Origin: a virus
Virus record (IMG/VR): IMGVR_UViG_3300031623_001144
Location: 3,971-67,970 of that record
Length of the DNA: 64,000 nt
Strand: one strand, 5' to 3'
In this document: piece by piece, positions 28,663 through 38,890 of the stretch
Layout: every line of letters begins with the position of its first letter
How positions within the stretch are numbered: position 1 is the stretch's first letter
Made by a program: the position numbers and the translations under genes
Notes under the pieces: model-generated
Database searches by the model: none
Told to the model about the DNA's origin: nothing
The model's input: only the letters and a program-made list of their open reading frames with translations

Positions 28663-29790
28663 TCATCTGTTTTTAGATGAGTTGATAAAAGATGTGCCCA
28701 TTCGACGCACCTTCCTGTCTCTCACCATGTCATATGAAATCTCTTCATACGACTCCGTAGTAGAACCCCAATCGCCCTCTGGATTAAAGTCCTCAAGTCT
28801 TTTAACGATATTGTCAATAACGCTCGCTTTCCAATCTTGCGGTCCACCAGCCATCAACATTGTAGAGAACGAAAAGATATATTGCCTTGGCATGTCTCCG
28901 CAACAGAGATCGTCAATCGCATAATCTTGATGTTCCATAAATCTTTGTCTTTCATCAACAGCAAGGAATGGAGTGCGTGCTGCAATAGCTATTCGAGATA
29001 TTCCCGAAAACACATCAACAACAAGTCCCACACATTTCATAGCTGTCAATAAATCTGAAGAAGTAGATGGCACAACGTAAACACATCGTTCTACAAAGTC
29101 TGGAGACATGTCATAAGTAAAAGGACTTTGATAAACCACTGGAAGATACCCCTCTTCCAACAACCTCTCTAAAAGAGAATTCCAAAATTCTTTTGACACA
29201 GGCAAATTAACACTCTTGCCTTTTTGCCACGAACGCATCTTTGTAACAGGATGCACCATGATCTTCCGACCATCTCGCTCAAGTATCTGGTTTCTAAATA
29301 TATCTGTAATTTTGCTTATAGAAGGAATGTTTGGTAGGTATCTATTAACGTGAGAAAATGTGTTCCAATATTTATCTGTAAATCCACAGTTGTAATATTC
29401 TTGCCAATCTTTGTGAGTAATGATATTCACACACTCCAACAAATTTTGTGCCAGATCAGCCGCTACATCTCCATCATTATAGAAGTTATTAGCTCCCAAT
29501 GCAAGAGTTTTCATTAAAGATTCATCTTCTAAGGACCAGAATTCATCTACATAAGGAAATAAATCCTGAAATCCGGGCCAAGAACAAAGTATAAGATACT
29601 TGTCTTTATTCTTTTCCTTATAAGTCTTTAACAATAAAGATGACAAAATGAAAGTAGAACTGATATCTCCATAAAATGGAATAGCATATACATTGTCAGT
29701 CGCAGTAGGCATATTTTTCTCGATGTAAGAAAGCCTTTTGTGCTTCGTGCGATCTGCCGCTCTTTGGATATAATCAGCTATTTGTGTCAC
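28663..29790 (-). CDS. GT-B glycosyltransferase (GT9/heptosyltransferase-like)
   Basis: YGDI, PYVDE, IMVHP, W..L...L, VVDVFSGISRIAIAARTP. Confidence 0.65.
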   Translation of the reverse strand: MTQIADYIQRAADRTKHKRLSYIEKNMPTATDNVYAIPFYGDISSTFILSSLLLKTYKEKNKDKYLILCSWPGFQDLFPYVDEFWSLEDESLMKTLALGANNFYNDGDVAADLAQNLLECVNIITHKDWQEYYNCGFTDKYWNTFSHVNRYLPNIPSISKITDIFRNQILERDGRKIMVHPVTKMRSWQKGKSVNLPVSKEFWNSLLERLLEEGYLPVVYQSPFTYDMSPDFVERCVYVVPSTSSDLLTAMKCVGLVVDVFSGISRIAIAARTPFLAVDERQRFMEHQDYAIDDLCCGDMPRQYIFSFSTMLMAGGPQDWKASVIDNIVKRLEDFNPEGDWGSTTESYEEISYDMVRDRKVRRMGTSFINSSKNR

Positions 29791-30011
29791 TTGTAATACC
29801 CCTCTGTGTCATAAATGTTCTCAGAATACACTTCCACTGAAAGTATTGCTCTGCTAACAGCATCTATGAATTTTTTGTCCTCTTCTTCGATCATCTCTCT
29901 AATGATCCTTTCATCAAAGGATTTCTTCCATTCCTTGAATTCTCTATCTTTTTTTCTCTTAATCCAATGATTTTTCATGGAGAACTCCATCAACATAAAA
30001 CTTAGAATCAT
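29787..30011 (-). CDS. Small hypothetical protein (MKNHW motif)
   Basis: Likely start MKNHWIKRKK. Confidence 0.5.
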   Translation of the reverse strand: MILSFMLMEFSMKNHWIKRKKDREFKEWKKSFDERIIREMIEEEDKKFIDAVSRAILSVEVYSENIYDTEGYYK

Positions 30012-30192
30012 CTCCGTTCACCACTTCCAAGAGATGATGCCAAGCATTGTCATTCATCTCTTTGATCCACACATCATTGGAATAGATTCTTCCGTTTTTG
30101 TTAGGACCGGCTTCTTGGAAAATTCCCTTAAACACCACCACTTTTTCTTTATCTTCTCTTTTTTTCAGCCAATGATTTTTCATGTTAACCAC
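29959..30192 (-). CDS. Small protein resembling the N-terminal part of T4 gp21-like prohead protease
   Basis: FKGIFQEAGPNKNGRIYS resembles GIFxQAxxxNxNGRxY; too short for a full protease. Confidence 0.45.
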   Translation of the reverse strand: MVNMKNHWLKKREDKEKVVVFKGIFQEAGPNKNGRIYSNDVWIKEMNDNAWHHLLEVVNGDDSKFYVDGVLHEKSLD

Positions 30193-31376
30193 TCCTCATG
30201 TTCAGCTTTAAGAACTCCTGTAAACCACTCATCTTCTACCATCCCCAATATATCTTCCTCATTGCCCTCTTTAAGCTCCTCTGCGGCCCGTTTAACTAAC
30301 TCTAACGCTTTATCAGGGTCTTCGTACACATTCTTGTAATGGGCCATTACGAGCTTCTTAGGACCGAATGACGCCAACTCCAACCGTTTGCCTTCCTGAG
30401 CACCACAAAGGCCAGAGGATGACACATAAATCTGCTCTGGACTCTCAAACAAAATGAATGGCGTACCCATCATGCTTGACAGTCTGCTAGATGCTGTCCA
30501 GAACTGAATAGTGAAGTCCAAATTGCAAACAATAGCCAGAGTTCTCTCAAGCTCCTGTGACTCTTTCATTCTGGAATAATCCAAGACATGATCGACCGGA
30601 CAAGCTTGTGTACTTTGTTTTTCACCCAACCAAATGACATTGTGCCCCATTTCTTCTAAAATTTGTATTAGCTTAACATAGAATTCCGGCTGCAAATTTC
30701 TTCCGTAAGTTTCCCTACCTCTGGCAAAAACTCCCACAGTATTTGGTTTAAGCAAATCTTTAGCCCAATCCAAATACTCCTGTCTAGGCTTAGGAATCTT
30801 ACGAGCCGTTGGCTTGTTCTCTTTAATGTCAGTAAATATCGACTTCACCAAAACCGTGCTTTTACAATGAGGACACTCATCCGATCTAACTCTCCACTCG
30901 TTCCAATATGCCCCACACGTTCTACAGTAATTTGATACAGCATACTTCCCAAGGGCCGCAGCAGGCACCACATCTCCATGAACAACAGCAGCCTCTTCAA
31001 GCCTTTTGAGATTATCAGAGATGCTATGAAAAGCTCTGGTATATTCCCTTAACCACATGTTCTCTTCTTTAAGCTCCCAGTATTCATCCACCAAATGACG
31101 ATACAAATACTCTCGGCCATACCAACCCATTGCAATGACATAAGAGCCGGGATATCTTCTCAATAATCGAGGAATACAATACAAGCATCCAATCGTCTCA
31201 CATCCAAACTCAGAGAAACACGATACTATTTTGATCCTATTTCTCTTTTTAGGCTTTGGCCTATGATTCAGCTTATACACATTGAACATCATCTTAGAGA
31301 GCTTCACCTCGTCTTTAATGATCTTCTTGGTGTGATCAGGCTTAGGCTTAAATATTGCTAAAGGCATTAACAACAA
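30180..31376 (-). CDS. GT-B glycosyltransferase (GT9-like) with zinc ribbon insert
   Basis: SEFG, HLVDEYW, CxxC...CxxC insert, RN...FY.KL...L, LDF......SSRLS.MMGTP. Confidence 0.6.
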   Translation of the reverse strand: MLLMPLAIFKPKPDHTKKIIKDEVKLSKMMFNVYKLNHRPKPKKRNRIKIVSCFSEFGCETIGCLYCIPRLLRRYPGSYVIAMGWYGREYLYRHLVDEYWELKEENMWLREYTRAFHSISDNLKRLEEAAVVHGDVVPAAALGKYAVSNYCRTCGAYWNEWRVRSDECPHCKSTVLVKSIFTDIKENKPTARKIPKPRQEYLDWAKDLLKPNTVGVFARGRETYGRNLQPEFYVKLIQILEEMGHNVIWLGEKQSTQACPVDHVLDYSRMKESQELERTLAIVCNLDFTIQFWTASSRLSSMMGTPFILFESPEQIYVSSSGLCGAQEGKRLELASFGPKKLVMAHYKNVYEDPDKALELVKRAAEELKEGNEEDILGMVEDEWFTGVLKAEHEEWLT

Positions 31377-31828
31377 CCATCCTCACTACAACACCCGCTC
31401 TTCTCAAAGCTCGGGACTCCACATTTGTCTGGAGCTAAACAAGTTGTAACTTTGTTCATGAGAACTAACACTAATCCATTTTCGTCCTTTTCCAAAATTG
31501 CCAAATTGTAATTTGACGCAACATCTTCGCCATACTCAAATGACACAGGCAAATCATCTAATCCGATACTTTCATCTGCCATTTTCATAATGTTGAGAAG
31601 TTTTTTTGATTCAAGTCGATGATCAACATCGCAGGCAACCCAAACTTGTATAAGACAAGACTCCCATTCACGAACCGTGCCACCGCAATCAATAAAATTT
31701 CTGCAAACTTTTCCAACTTCTGTAACGTGGAAATTCTTCGGAACATCTCCTGAAGGAAGCTTTATCCTCAAAGGATTGTCTTCACCTTCCTCAAGAAACT
31801 CCATTAACTGTTTAACTGTTACTATCAT
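31367..31828 (-). CDS. DUF6428-like protein
   Basis: FHVTEVG, FIDCGG, QVWVA.D.DHRL, TCLAPDKCG, terminal GCC. Confidence 0.75.
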   Translation of the reverse strand: MIVTVKQLMEFLEEGEDNPLRIKLPSGDVPKNFHVTEVGKVCRNFIDCGGTVREWESCLIQVWVACDVDHRLESKKLLNIMKMADESIGLDDLPVSFEYGEDVASNYNLAILEKDENGLVLVLMNKVTTCLAPDKCGVPSFEKSGCCSEDGCC

Positions 31829-32106
31829 TGTCTACCTACAATCCTCTTCATTTGTGATGGCATCGCACATTTGGGACACTTGAATCTACGCCACTTACCA
31901 CAATTAACACATCCGGGCTCGATCTCATTAAGATCGACGATATCCGTCTTGATTCCAGATGTTATTCTGGCCCAACGACATCTAGGACAGCGAATTACGA
32001 AATTCTTGGGAACGCCAGAGGTATCTGGCTCAGGCACGTATTCTTCTTTAGGATCGGCTGCTGGCCTTTCCTCTTCATTTTCAGGTATTGGTTTTGTTTC
32101 TGACAT
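31825..32106 (-). CDS. Zinc-ribbon protein
   Basis: Three CxxC pairs. Confidence 0.65.
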   Translation of the reverse strand: MSETKPIPENEEERPAADPKEEYVPEPDTSGVPKNFVIRCPRCRWARITSGIKTDIVDLNEIEPGCVNCGKWRRFKCPKCAMPSQMKRIVGRQ

Positions 32107-32151
32107 ATTTTACCTCCAACTAATATAGTGCAAAGTTATTAAGAATTTGAA

Positions 32152-32730
32152 TCACTTTTTCATAAAATCCCAATCGCCTCCTGATTTAACCATAGAAGTA
32201 TCAAAAATTGGTAAAAACTTATCCCCCACTTTTCTATAATTAAGAAGACCTAAGTAATCAACAACTTCGGACATCACCACATCAGGTTGAGATACAAATT
32301 TTGTGTAATCAATGATTTTGAGCTTCAGAGGAAACTCTTCTAAAAGAGACTTGTGTTTATCATATTTGTTTCGCCTCACTTCATCATCGTCGCCCCAAAG
32401 CCCTTTCGTCCATGTGCTTTTTTGCCAACTTTTATTGATCATTTCAAAAGGCTTTGACATTGCCAGATAATGAGCATCTGGCATGTTCTCTACGAAGAAG
32501 TCAGTCATCGACTCAGACCACGGCCTCTTAAACATCACTCGACGTGATGGAAATTGTGACACAACAGACTCCATGTCTTCAATCTTCTTATTGAAAATCA
32601 TGTCATTTTCATAGTTATAGACATTGTGAAATAGATGAATGTGCGGATGCTGGCTTAAAACGTGTGTGAAAACAGTTGTACCTGAACGTGCCATTCCAAA
32701 CACGATAATGACTCTATGGTTATCCTTCAT
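32152..32730 (-). CDS. Sulfotransferase-like P-loop protein
   Basis: GMARSGTT, LSQHP, Y..FV.QP..V...V.DYLGL. Confidence 0.8.
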   Translation of the reverse strand: MKDNHRVIIVFGMARSGTTVFTHVLSQHPHIHLFHNVYNYENDMIFNKKIEDMESVVSQFPSRRVMFKRPWSESMTDFFVENMPDAHYLAMSKPFEMINKSWQKSTWTKGLWGDDDEVRRNKYDKHKSLLEEFPLKLKIIDYTKFVSQPDVVMSEVVDYLGLLNYRKVGDKFLPIFDTSMVKSGGDWDFMKK

Positions 32731-33394
32731 TCAAATCACGCAAAGCAATCACTTGCCACCCTTCATCTTTCAGGTGCTCAACACACTTCTCGAAATACCT
32801 TTCTCTCCCCAAGCCTCTTAACCCATGGAAAGCAAATACAGGATGTGAATTTTCTGGAGCATTTGCCAAGTCTTCCCTGAACTGATCAAAGTTGTAGTCG
32901 GCCTCTTTACCAAATAGCCCTGTGCAATAAATCATAAATGGGTCATCGTCTTCAGTATGATAATCAATCTTCTTCCTGTTTAATGAGTCCATGGCATCAC
33001 CTGCGCTGTAGCCCATACGAGCACATTGATATCCTCTGTCTCTTAGATCAGAAGCCAATTTAGAATTGTATTGATAAGAAGGATAACAAAAAGATCGTGT
33101 ATGAATTTCATACTCTGAAACCAAGAAGTCATCCAGCTTCACAACATTATCAATCCCCGCACCCGATGAATGCGACCAAGTATGGTTGCCAATCTCAAAT
33201 CCCATGTGATGCAAATCAGCAACACGATCCCACTCAAGTTCATCTTCTTTTACCTCTGGCTCAAATCTGTGCCAAAGCTTCCTTGCTGCTGTAACAAAAA
33301 ACGTGGCACAAAAATTGTACTCCTTCAAAACAGGAGCGGCCAAAGCCAAATGAGTTTCAAGACCATCATCAAATGTGAATATACACTTTTTCAT
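32720..33394 (-). CDS. Polysaccharide deacetylase (CE4/NodB)
   Basis: TFDDG, ATFF, EIGNHTWSH, FCYP, FH. Confidence 0.9.
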   Translation of the reverse strand: MKKCIFTFDDGLETHLALAAPVLKEYNFCATFFVTAARKLWHRFEPEVKEDELEWDRVADLHHMGFEIGNHTWSHSSGAGIDNVVKLDDFLVSEYEIHTRSFCYPSYQYNSKLASDLRDRGYQCARMGYSAGDAMDSLNRKKIDYHTEDDDPFMIYCTGLFGKEADYNFDQFREDLANAPENSHPVFAFHGLRGLGRERYFEKCVEHLKDEGWQVIALRDLNEG

Positions 33395-33957
33395 TTATTA
33401 AACTCCAATACAACTGCCCACCAACAGTAATTGAATTTCCATGGGGCATGTCTTTCTTTATCATCACCACCCGGCTCATCATAAGCCCACTCAATTACTG
33501 TGGCATCATACTTCTTAGCCAAATCTTCCATGTAAGACTCACACCTATATCCGCCAGCAAGCAACGTGCAATCTCTGTCTTGCAAAATCTCAATAGCATC
33601 ATAAATCACAAATGGGTTAATCCACATGTGATAAACTTCCGCTTCGGGCATGAATTGTGTCCAATCTCCCAAAGTGACATCCAAACCTTCGGCCAGATTT
33701 GCTCTACTGGTTTTCTCAATGCCGATAACACGCTTGGCGTATCTCTGTATTTCCCGCATTTGGTCGCCTTCTCCACACCCAAGATCACACACCACCTTGT
33801 CTCTGATGATGTCCTGTGTGGCTTCTGCGAGTCCCAGAGGGGATCTCCAAGGAAAGTCCCGTTTAGCGGCTAGAATGTCTTCTGAGGAGACGTGGACTTC
33901 TTTACGGACTACTGGAATAGTCGGTGATTTTAATGATAAGTCATGTGGATCGTTCAT
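33391..33957 (-). CDS. Class I SAM-dependent methyltransferase
   Basis: VCDLGCGEG, VIGIE. Confidence 0.8.
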   Translation of the reverse strand: MNDPHDLSLKSPTIPVVRKEVHVSSEDILAAKRDFPWRSPLGLAEATQDIIRDKVVCDLGCGEGDQMREIQRYAKRVIGIEKTSRANLAEGLDVTLGDWTQFMPEAEVYHMWINPFVIYDAIEILQDRDCTLLAGGYRCESYMEDLAKKYDATVIEWAYDEPGGDDKERHAPWKFNYCWWAVVLEFNK

Positions 33958-33978
33958 GTTCTATATTAGTGTGCGCAT

Positions 33979-34013
33979 AAAAAAAGCCCGGCAGGTTTAC
34001 TGCCGGGCTTTTT
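33979..34013. terminator. Bidirectional rho-independent terminator
   Basis: AAAAAGCCCGGCAG-GTTTA-CTGCCGGGCTTTTT. Confidence 0.9.
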
Positions 34014-34023
34014 AATTGATATC

Positions 34024-36033
34024 TTACTTCTCTTTCCACTTGGCTGTCACTTTTTGCAAAGCAACAGACATTTCTTCAGTAAGACTACTTATCTTTTTGG
34101 CCAACTCTGGCAAAGTTTTCTTGTTGATCTTGCGAATTTCATTTTCGCTTTCATCAAGATCATCAATCCACTTATCTAGCTTTCCGCCACTGGCTACACT
34201 CTGAGCCGACTCAAGGTTTGCTCTAACACGTTCAACTTGCTGATTCAAATCCTGTATACAAGTTCGTGCAGCGTTATTCTCACGTTCAGATTCATCAATC
34301 TTTGCTTGAATCTGAATACATTTTTGGATTTGTGGGTCTTCAGTCAAGGGACTCTCTACATCAATGATGTTCCGAGAAATCCAATCAAAGCGATTTCTGA
34401 AAATCGTGGTCTGCTTATCCAAGTTGGATTCTGTGACCGTCAAAGTGAATTTTTGATTAGCGGCAACTTCGAAGTAAGCTCTCCATCCGTTGTCGATCTT
34501 CTCTTTCTCTTTAACTTCAACTCCAGAAAAATCTATATGAGCATTGTCGCCAACTACACGAGCAACATGCTCCAAAGCCACCTTAAATGGTTCTGCTTTT
34601 TTGTTCTCAATCGCATATTCAGTGACACCTGTTTGAACTTGCTCTACAACAGCCGCACCTTCTGAAATCTTGATTGAACTACGTCGAACTTCTACACCGC
34701 CTTTTCCTCTGACGATCTTGACGCCATTCTCAAGACAATGAGGCAGCATTCTGTTTTCGCCGGGCTTTGTAGAATCAAGCACACACTCGCCGCTGAAAAG
34801 ACCCTGATTGTAAATCACAGTCTTTCCTCTTCCCAAGCTGTACTCAGTTTCGTTCTTAAACTTGATGGCTCTAAATGGCCTCCGAGAATTGTTGCTCTCT
34901 TTGTACAGAAGCACTACTCCTGCATGATTAAGAGGAACTGAGAACATTGGCACAACAGCACTTTTTCGAGACAAGATTGTAATTGGCTCTTTGCATGAAA
35001 ATACACAGAAGTCACCAACATCTTCGCTCTCCACGCCGGGAGCTTCCGCTGCGTGCTCGGCATAACCCAATCCTTCTGCATCACAGCTTTCCAAACCAAA
35101 ACCGGCATAGTTGGCCGTTGACATCTTGGCACCAAGCCTTCTTGCTGATGCACTAGAATCCATTCCTCTCATTGGCCCACCAGCGGCACAGGCTTCCGCC
35201 ATCATCACGCCTTCTTCTGCTTCCACATTCCCCAAAGCCAAACGATCCACAAGATGAACCATTTTTCTCTCTGGAACAATAACATCAGCGATGTCAGTGT
35301 TGAACGAAATCGGATTTCCAGTGACAACTGAAACCTTAAAGTTATTCCAATCCTCATCAGTGTTGTTGTCAATGATTGCAGCACCTTCGATAGAGAAATT
35401 TCCATCCTCTTCACGAATTGCGTATCTCATCTTCCATGCAGCAACAGGAATTGTGTATTGCACACTAGCTTCTGTTTCGTCATCTCCAGTTGGAGACAAG
35501 CAAATATCCAGCAGCGTTGAATCCGGTTTGATTTTTTGAAAATTCGCTTTCAAAGCCTTGTCAATCTCGGTTCTTACTGACTCGTCTTCAAAACGAATAT
35601 CATTAACATCTGAAAGAGGAAATCTGCGAACAGCACCGTCTTTCATAGCTACCAAAAAATCCTTCTGGACTTCTTCGCCGTTGACAAAAGAAGATTCCGT
35701 GTCGAGTCCCAGCAGTGTATATTCTACTGGACTGACATTTCTAAGCTCGATGGCAACAGTAGCTCCTGAAAGTTGTCTCACCAAGCTTTTCATCGCCGAT
35801 GATTGACAAATATCAAGAGATGTAGCATTCGAGTTTGCTGGGGTGAACGATGGCGGCGAATTGAGCCGCACCTTTCCAAAGACCTGAAGAGAGGCTGCAA
35901 CGTCTCCGATGCAATCAGTCTTGAAGGGGATGGCGATCTTGGCTTCTTCTCCAGCGGGAACGCTATAAACCCGCCTAAAGTGCCCAATCCCATTTGAAAA
36001 TAAAGTAACGTCGTTAGTTTTTCCTGAAATCAT
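34024..36033 (-). CDS. DUF4139/DUF4140-like protein
   Basis: TLFSNGIGHFRR, W...Y, A.IDN.TDEDW, S.VTG.P, C-terminal coiled coil. Confidence 0.75.
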   Translation of the reverse strand: MISGKTNDVTLFSNGIGHFRRVYSVPAGEEAKIAIPFKTDCIGDVAASLQVFGKVRLNSPPSFTPANSNATSLDICQSSAMKSLVRQLSGATVAIELRNVSPVEYTLLGLDTESSFVNGEEVQKDFLVAMKDGAVRRFPLSDVNDIRFEDESVRTEIDKALKANFQKIKPDSTLLDICLSPTGDDETEASVQYTIPVAAWKMRYAIREEDGNFSIEGAAIIDNNTDEDWNNFKVSVVTGNPISFNTDIADVIVPERKMVHLVDRLALGNVEAEEGVMMAEACAAGGPMRGMDSSASARRLGAKMSTANYAGFGLESCDAEGLGYAEHAAEAPGVESEDVGDFCVFSCKEPITILSRKSAVVPMFSVPLNHAGVVLLYKESNNSRRPFRAIKFKNETEYSLGRGKTVIYNQGLFSGECVLDSTKPGENRMLPHCLENGVKIVRGKGGVEVRRSSIKISEGAAVVEQVQTGVTEYAIENKKAEPFKVALEHVARVVGDNAHIDFSGVEVKEKEKIDNGWRAYFEVAANQKFTLTVTESNLDKQTTIFRNRFDWISRNIIDVESPLTEDPQIQKCIQIQAKIDESERENNAARTCIQDLNQQVERVRANLESAQSVASGGKLDKWIDDLDESENEIRKINKKTLPELAKKISSLTEEMSVALQKVTAKWKEK

Positions 36034-36058
36034 TTCATCCTTCTTGATGATGCTTTGA

Positions 36059-37198
36059 TTATTTTTTGATTATTCTTTGAATTCGCTTGGTCTCTTTCTT
36101 CTTGATAGCAGCCCAAGCTTCTTCTGCGTCTGCCTCATCTTCATCATCGTCAATGGAAAATCCAGCCAGAGGCAGTTGATAGGCACCTTTGCCATGTTTA
36201 CCGCCACCAGAACCGTATTTGCCACCGAGCTTCTTACAGAAATTAGAGACAGACAACGAGGCGTTAGAGCTTCTTACAGAAGCTTCTATTCTGTCTCCAC
36301 CGATAACTCCAAAGGCGATAGCAGTTTCTACTGTTGCCCAAGAGCCCATCTCATCGGCCATATCAGCTATTAGATCACGTTCAGCCGTTGGAATCAACCC
36401 CAGTCCTACTATAGCGTACCCCTCTCCATCAACTTCCGCTTCTGAACAAGCAGCCGCTTTTTTGTCGATCCAGAACTTCCGTCTCTTAAAGAACACAATT
36501 TGGTGCAAAAACTGGGAATTTCTGTATTCAAACAAATCGTTGAAAGCGTGACGCTCGTATTCAGTACAATCATCAGCCATCATAAAATTTGTATCAGTCA
36601 TGACCCCAGCGATCAACCCGGTGGCCACTTTCATGTCAGCATCCACCTCGTCATCAAACCAAACATCATCTAATGTAAGCTCTTCTGCATCACACTTACA
36701 GAGGTGGTTGATCATGTCATAAATAATACCAGCACAACTGCCCACTTTCTTATGGATCAAAACTCCCTTGAAATCACTGGTAGGCATGTCTTTATGATGA
36801 TCAATCACCACGTCAAAGATGACTTGTTTGTCTCCGGTGCCAGCATAAGAAGGAATGGTATCTACAAGAATTCGCAATTCGTAATTCTCGGACACATAAT
36901 CTTCAGAGACTCTCTGAAGACCCGGATCAAGAAGATTGACTAAAATCCCGTTCTGCGGATGAGACACTTCGCCATCATAAAACAGATCGGATTCTATGCC
37001 GTACCTTTTTTCCAACAACCACTTCATTCCCATCATCGATCCAATCGCATCTGGATCGGGACATTTATGGGAAAATATAGCAACCTTGGGACTGCTACCT
37101 GTGTGTTTAGAAATTAGATCGTGAAAATCTTGATATCCATTCAAAGCCTTTGGTTCGCCCTGTTTAGGCTTAGGCTTTTCTAATGGTTCATCGGCCAT
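36059..37198 (-). CDS. DHH/DHHA1 phosphoesterase (NrnA-like)
   Basis: H..PDPDAIGS, LVD, IDHH, DT, SVRS, GGGK. Confidence 0.9.
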   Translation of the reverse strand: MADEPLEKPKPKQGEPKALNGYQDFHDLISKHTGSSPKVAIFSHKCPDPDAIGSMMGMKWLLEKRYGIESDLFYDGEVSHPQNGILVNLLDPGLQRVSEDYVSENYELRILVDTIPSYAGTGDKQVIFDVVIDHHKDMPTSDFKGVLIHKKVGSCAGIIYDMINHLCKCDAEELTLDDVWFDDEVDADMKVATGLIAGVMTDTNFMMADDCTEYERHAFNDLFEYRNSQFLHQIVFFKRRKFWIDKKAAACSEAEVDGEGYAIVGLGLIPTAERDLIADMADEMGSWATVETAIAFGVIGGDRIEASVRSSNASLSVSNFCKKLGGKYGSGGGKHGKGAYQLPLAGFSIDDDEDEADAEEAWAAIKKKETKRIQRIIKK

Positions 37199-37206
37199 GA
37201 CTCACC

Positions 37207-37680
37207 TTAATGTAAAAGCAGTTCCTTGTCACGAAGAACACTTATCAAGTTGACACGCTGACCGTTATGAGTCAACGTCAAATCAACAATCCAATAACCT
37301 TCAATTTTGCGTAACAAAGTTACGGTAGGAGGTGGTGGCGTTGTTCCATTTAACAACTCTATAACCACCGGGATTGCTTCTTCTTTAGTAGCAACTGGAA
37401 GGTGTGCCTCGATCCATTTATCGCCATCAAGATACAAACCAAACTTGTAGCCATCTACAACCTTGACTGATCTTACTCCGAAAACGGCCCCCGGCTCAAG
37501 GACAAAATTTCTTTGCTGTTCCTCAAACTGAATAGTCGCAATCGTCGGAGAAGAACCCTCCCCCGAACGTGGATTCATATTATAAGCAAAATACCCCGCA
37601 GGGGCAATGGCAATGACTGCTAGAGCCACTGCTAATATCCAATTTTTCACATTGCTCCTTAATCTCGCTTGACTTCCCAA
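37207..37680 (-). CDS. Membrane-anchored hypothetical protein
   Basis: N-terminal TM/signal segment. Confidence 0.55.
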   Translation of the reverse strand: MGSQARLRSNVKNWILAVALAVIAIAPAGYFAYNMNPRSGEGSSPTIATIQFEEQQRNFVLEPGAVFGVRSVKVVDGYKFGLYLDGDKWIEAHLPVATKEEAIPVVIELLNGTTPPPPTVTLLRKIEGYWIVDLTLTHNGQRVNLISVLRDKELLLH

Positions 37681-38222
37681 GGAGAAGGTTCATCTTTAAC
37701 ACCCAGATTACTACTGACTTTCTCAATTCTTTTCTTCAAAGACTCGATGTCACTCATTGCTTTTCCATGATCTGGGTTATGAGCTTTTTCTACCCACTTT
37801 TCACCGCCACCCATTTGTTTTGCCATTTCATTTTCGAGCTTAAACATTTTGTTCTTAAGCTCTTCAATTTCTTTGACAATTTCTTCTGTAACCCAAACAG
37901 CATCCGTGGTTGTATGATCCGGTCCTTGGCTATCAGGATAAACAGGGTTTGATGTCTTGTCTTCTTGAATCAAACCGGGGTCTTCCCCGTGTTCTGCATC
38001 AAGAAAATCAAAGTATGTATCTTGAGCAGTATGTGAATCTCCCGGATCAACTTGTGGATGAACAGCAGGAGCTTGTGGCTCTCCACTGTCTATCTCATCC
38101 CACATTGCTTGATACATGTCCAAGTCGGCTCTGAAGTCATCCATAGGAGACTCAGGTGTCATAGCTCTAATTTCTTCTGGTGTTGGTGAATTCATAGTAC
38201 AAGTATATAAGCCCCACAGCAA
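37659..38222 (-). CDS. Acidic coiled-coil hypothetical protein
   Basis: Likely start MNSPTPEE near 38195. Confidence 0.6.
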   Translation of the reverse strand: MLWGLYTCTMNSPTPEEIRAMTPESPMDDFRADLDMYQAMWDEIDSGEPQAPAVHPQVDPGDSHTAQDTYFDFLDAEHGEDPGLIQEDKTSNPVYPDSQGPDHTTTDAVWVTEEIVKEIEELKNKMFKLENEMAKQMGGGEKWVEKAHNPDHGKAMSDIESLKKRIEKVSSNLGVKDEPSPWEVKRD

Positions 38223-38281
38223 AAAATCGCAATATAGAGTTGGCCTTTCGGCAATTTACTATTGGCTGCTGTGAGGCAATT

Positions 38282-38890
38282 TCAGGACATCTTAGGCATA
38301 TAAAACACAGCTTGACTAGGAAGAGTGATATGGTCCATGGCCGCATGATTGCTTAAAGACAGGCACATGTTGAGTATTTCTGCTGGTTTGTAGTAAAAAA
38401 GCTGTGCCCATTGTCTTTCAGGAATAGTCATATTTTCTGAAAGAACAGTGAATACCAAGCCACTTTCAGCCAAAGAATAAGCCTTTTCAATCAATGTCTG
38501 TAAATAAGCCATTTGTTTTTTGTCGGAATCCCTGACTCTTAAATTAAACGGCCCACCAACAACAATCCAGTCATGTTTCTTTTCATAGTCCAAAAGATTT
38601 GTCAACTGAAAGTCAACATCTGGTTTATCGATCTTGGCTCTTTCGATCATTTCTTTGCTTATGTCTATACCAGTATAATCTTTTGTTCCCACAAAATCAT
38701 AAAAATCTCCTTGTCCACAACCAACATCCAGAATACTTCCCTCTGACATGTCGCCAACTAAAGACAAACAACGAAACATGGCATGTTGATTTTCTTGAGA
38801 AGCCCACGCAGATGCCGCCCAACTTTTGCTTCCATAAAGCTTACAACATTCATCAAAGAATGTTTTTATGATTGTATCTTCTTTTCTCAT
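38282..38890 (-). CDS. Class I SAM-dependent methyltransferase
   Basis: ILDVGCGQG, YTGIDIS, G.FN. Confidence 0.88.
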   Translation of the reverse strand: MRKEDTIIKTFFDECCKLYGSKSWAASAWASQENQHAMFRCLSLVGDMSEGSILDVGCGQGDFYDFVGTKDYTGIDISKEMIERAKIDKPDVDFQLTNLLDYEKKHDWIVVGGPFNLRVRDSDKKQMAYLQTLIEKAYSLAESGLVFTVLSENMTIPERQWAQLFYYKPAEILNMCLSLSNHAAMDHITLPSQAVFYMPKMS

